NCBI GenBank assembly: GCA_004764695.1
Contig: SMSO01000037.1
Location: 4,874,747-4,938,746, forward strand
DNA length: 64,000 nucleotides
Origin: Schizochytrium sp. TIO01
Taxonomy: Eukaryota; Protista; Bigyra: Labyrinthulomycetes
Direction of reading: 5' to 3'
Position 1 is the stretch's first letter. Each line of letters starts with the position of its first letter. Under the pieces are notes generated by a model. It was not told the origin of the DNA, searched no databases, and saw only the letters and a program-made list of their open reading frames with translations. The translations under genes and the position numbers were made by a program. Shown in pieces: positions 62,549 through 64,000 of this stretch.

Positions 62549-63411
62549 TTCAGGTTGTGTAAATATTCCTACCCAGGAAGTAACAGGTAGGATAGAAGTA
62601 GTAAGTCAGTCCCTTGTGCACTCAAGGTGCTCACGACCCTTGGCCCCGATCTCTTTACTATCCTTCTTCAAAGGACTGAAGTGCGCCCAAACTCCAAGCT
62701 CACCTCGCTGCAAAACGCCAGACTGAATCACGAGTTCAATCTTGAAGTCTCGTCTCTTGGTGCTGCTATCCTGATCAAGTAAAAGCCTTTGTTCCGCTAT
62801 TATCACATCTTCCATAAATGAAGGAGACATCATGTTTTCGATTATGCAGACTCCGTACGAATACCTGTCACCTCGGCGTGTAGGTATGCAACGAGAGCTC
62901 TGCTGTCTTCGTGCGCGCAGCATTGACCACTGCCTCGCGCCCTGGCACACGCGCTGCTTCAAGATTGCAGAGAAAAGTGAACTCACGGCACGCACGCGCT
63001 TCGCTCTCTGTGCCACGCGCCCAAGGGCTTCGCACACTTTGTTACGAAAGCGCGCACCCTTGAAAGACCAAAACGCAGCGAATAGCTGTAGCTAGCTACT
63101 CAAAGGCACTTGAACGCTGGTTTCGGAATAGGGAGGGTCCGAGTGGGTGTTGAAAGGAAAGGACGCGCGCCCTGTTTTTGGCAGGCTCAGCTTAGCTGAT
63201 CGATTGGCAGAATTGTTGCCAGGGAAATCTACTTTGAAAGTGCAGACGTGATGGAGAATATGAGTCCAGATGAGAGGTAAAGCCAATCCAGCTAGTCGAG
63301 AAGCTAAGGGGAGCACCCAGATAAAACTAAAACGTTCTGTGTGTTTGTATTTTATTTTTTATTTGGTTTGATTATATAAAAATAAATTGAAAATGGGCTG
63401 GAAACAACTTC

Positions 63412-63999
63412 TTAGAGTAGGGTACTAGTTCTCAAGGCGCGCAGTTGCGCTGACCAACCAAGCGGACTCGCCTGAGAACGATCAATATTAGTTTCTTCGA
63501 CAGTTTCAGTGTTGCCAACGTCACCGCTACCCTCTTGATAACTCATTGCATTGTCTTCTCTATTGAAAAGCGAATCAGCAATATTCTCAGAATTGACGCC
63601 AAGGTTCATCGTAGCAGCTGCAGCAACTTTAGCCACCTTGAGGTTTTTTGATCCCTGAGTTTGCAATCGGTCTAGAAAGTCAACCTCAGCATCGCGAAAG
63701 AGCGGAGGCCATTTAAGTGCCATCTCACGAGAAGGCATACTATCACCACGGAATTCACGATCTTCGAGCATTCGCCAGCCCGCCACAGAAACTGGCACGG
63801 GATTCCGGGCCAAAATACGATGAGGCCGCTTAGCTTGCTCATTAGCATCTATCCGTTCTTGCAAGGTGTATCCTCCTAAGGTGTCCCCTTCTACAGCTGG
63901 ATCTGTTACAGCAAAACCATCTCCTGCCGACCCAGTTTTAATATGAGGATCAAAGCCAGCTAGCAGGGGCGCCACAGCTCTTAGATCGAAATTTTCTAG
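63412..63999 (-). CDS. 3' part of a hypothetical protein that starts beyond the window
   Basis: The frame stays open from the window edge (LENFDLRAVAPLLAGFDP...) to the stop at 63412. Protein-like composition; no family recognised. Confidence 0.7.
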   Translation of the reverse strand, partial: LENFDLRAVAPLLAGFDPHIKTGSAGDGFAVTDPAVEGDTLGGYTLQERIDANEQAKRPHRILARNPVPVSVAGWRMLEDREFRGDSMPSREMALKWPPLFRDAEVDFLDRLQTQGSKNLKVAKVAAAATMNLGVNSENIADSLFNREDNAMSYQEGSGDVGNTETVEETNIDRSQASPLGWSAQLRALRTSTLL

Positions 64000-64000
64000 A

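Noticed and set aside
62606-62608. In-frame TGA as possible selenocysteine
   Set aside because: No redox motif or SECIS seen, and the downstream frame is disrupted.

Overview
Eukaryotic genomic DNA with compact genes that are uninterrupted where recognisable. The style suggests a thraustochytrid/labyrinthulomycete-like protist, but this is inference only. The left arm carries RPL21, a bacterial YniC/HxpB-like HAD phosphatase, an 807-aa Tudor-like/helical/FHA protein and a monoacylglycerol-lipase-type alpha/beta hydrolase. The right arm carries TFIIF beta, an acidic protein with a dual-acylation motif, a membrane-anchored WCPPC thioredoxin and the 3' end of a gene running off the window. The centre is the most unusual part: one orphan minus-strand gene (17161-18357) with about 38 kb of gene-free, microsatellite-dense DNA upstream. 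That gene has an ~865-nt stretch with no ATG upstream of its first ATG, a GNRA-capped hairpin, and an in-frame ACG in the same GGCAAA context as the thioredoxin ATG. This points to non-AUG initiation that would add an NLS-bearing N-terminus. The desert holds recurring non-microsatellite motifs (GGTCACTC[AG], GGGGTCGCAA) and a punctuated compound array. Near promoters there are TpA-rich patches, C/G skew switches and decayed reading frames whose stops could arise by C-to-T changes. No tRNA, rRNA, CRISPR array or intact transposon was recognised.
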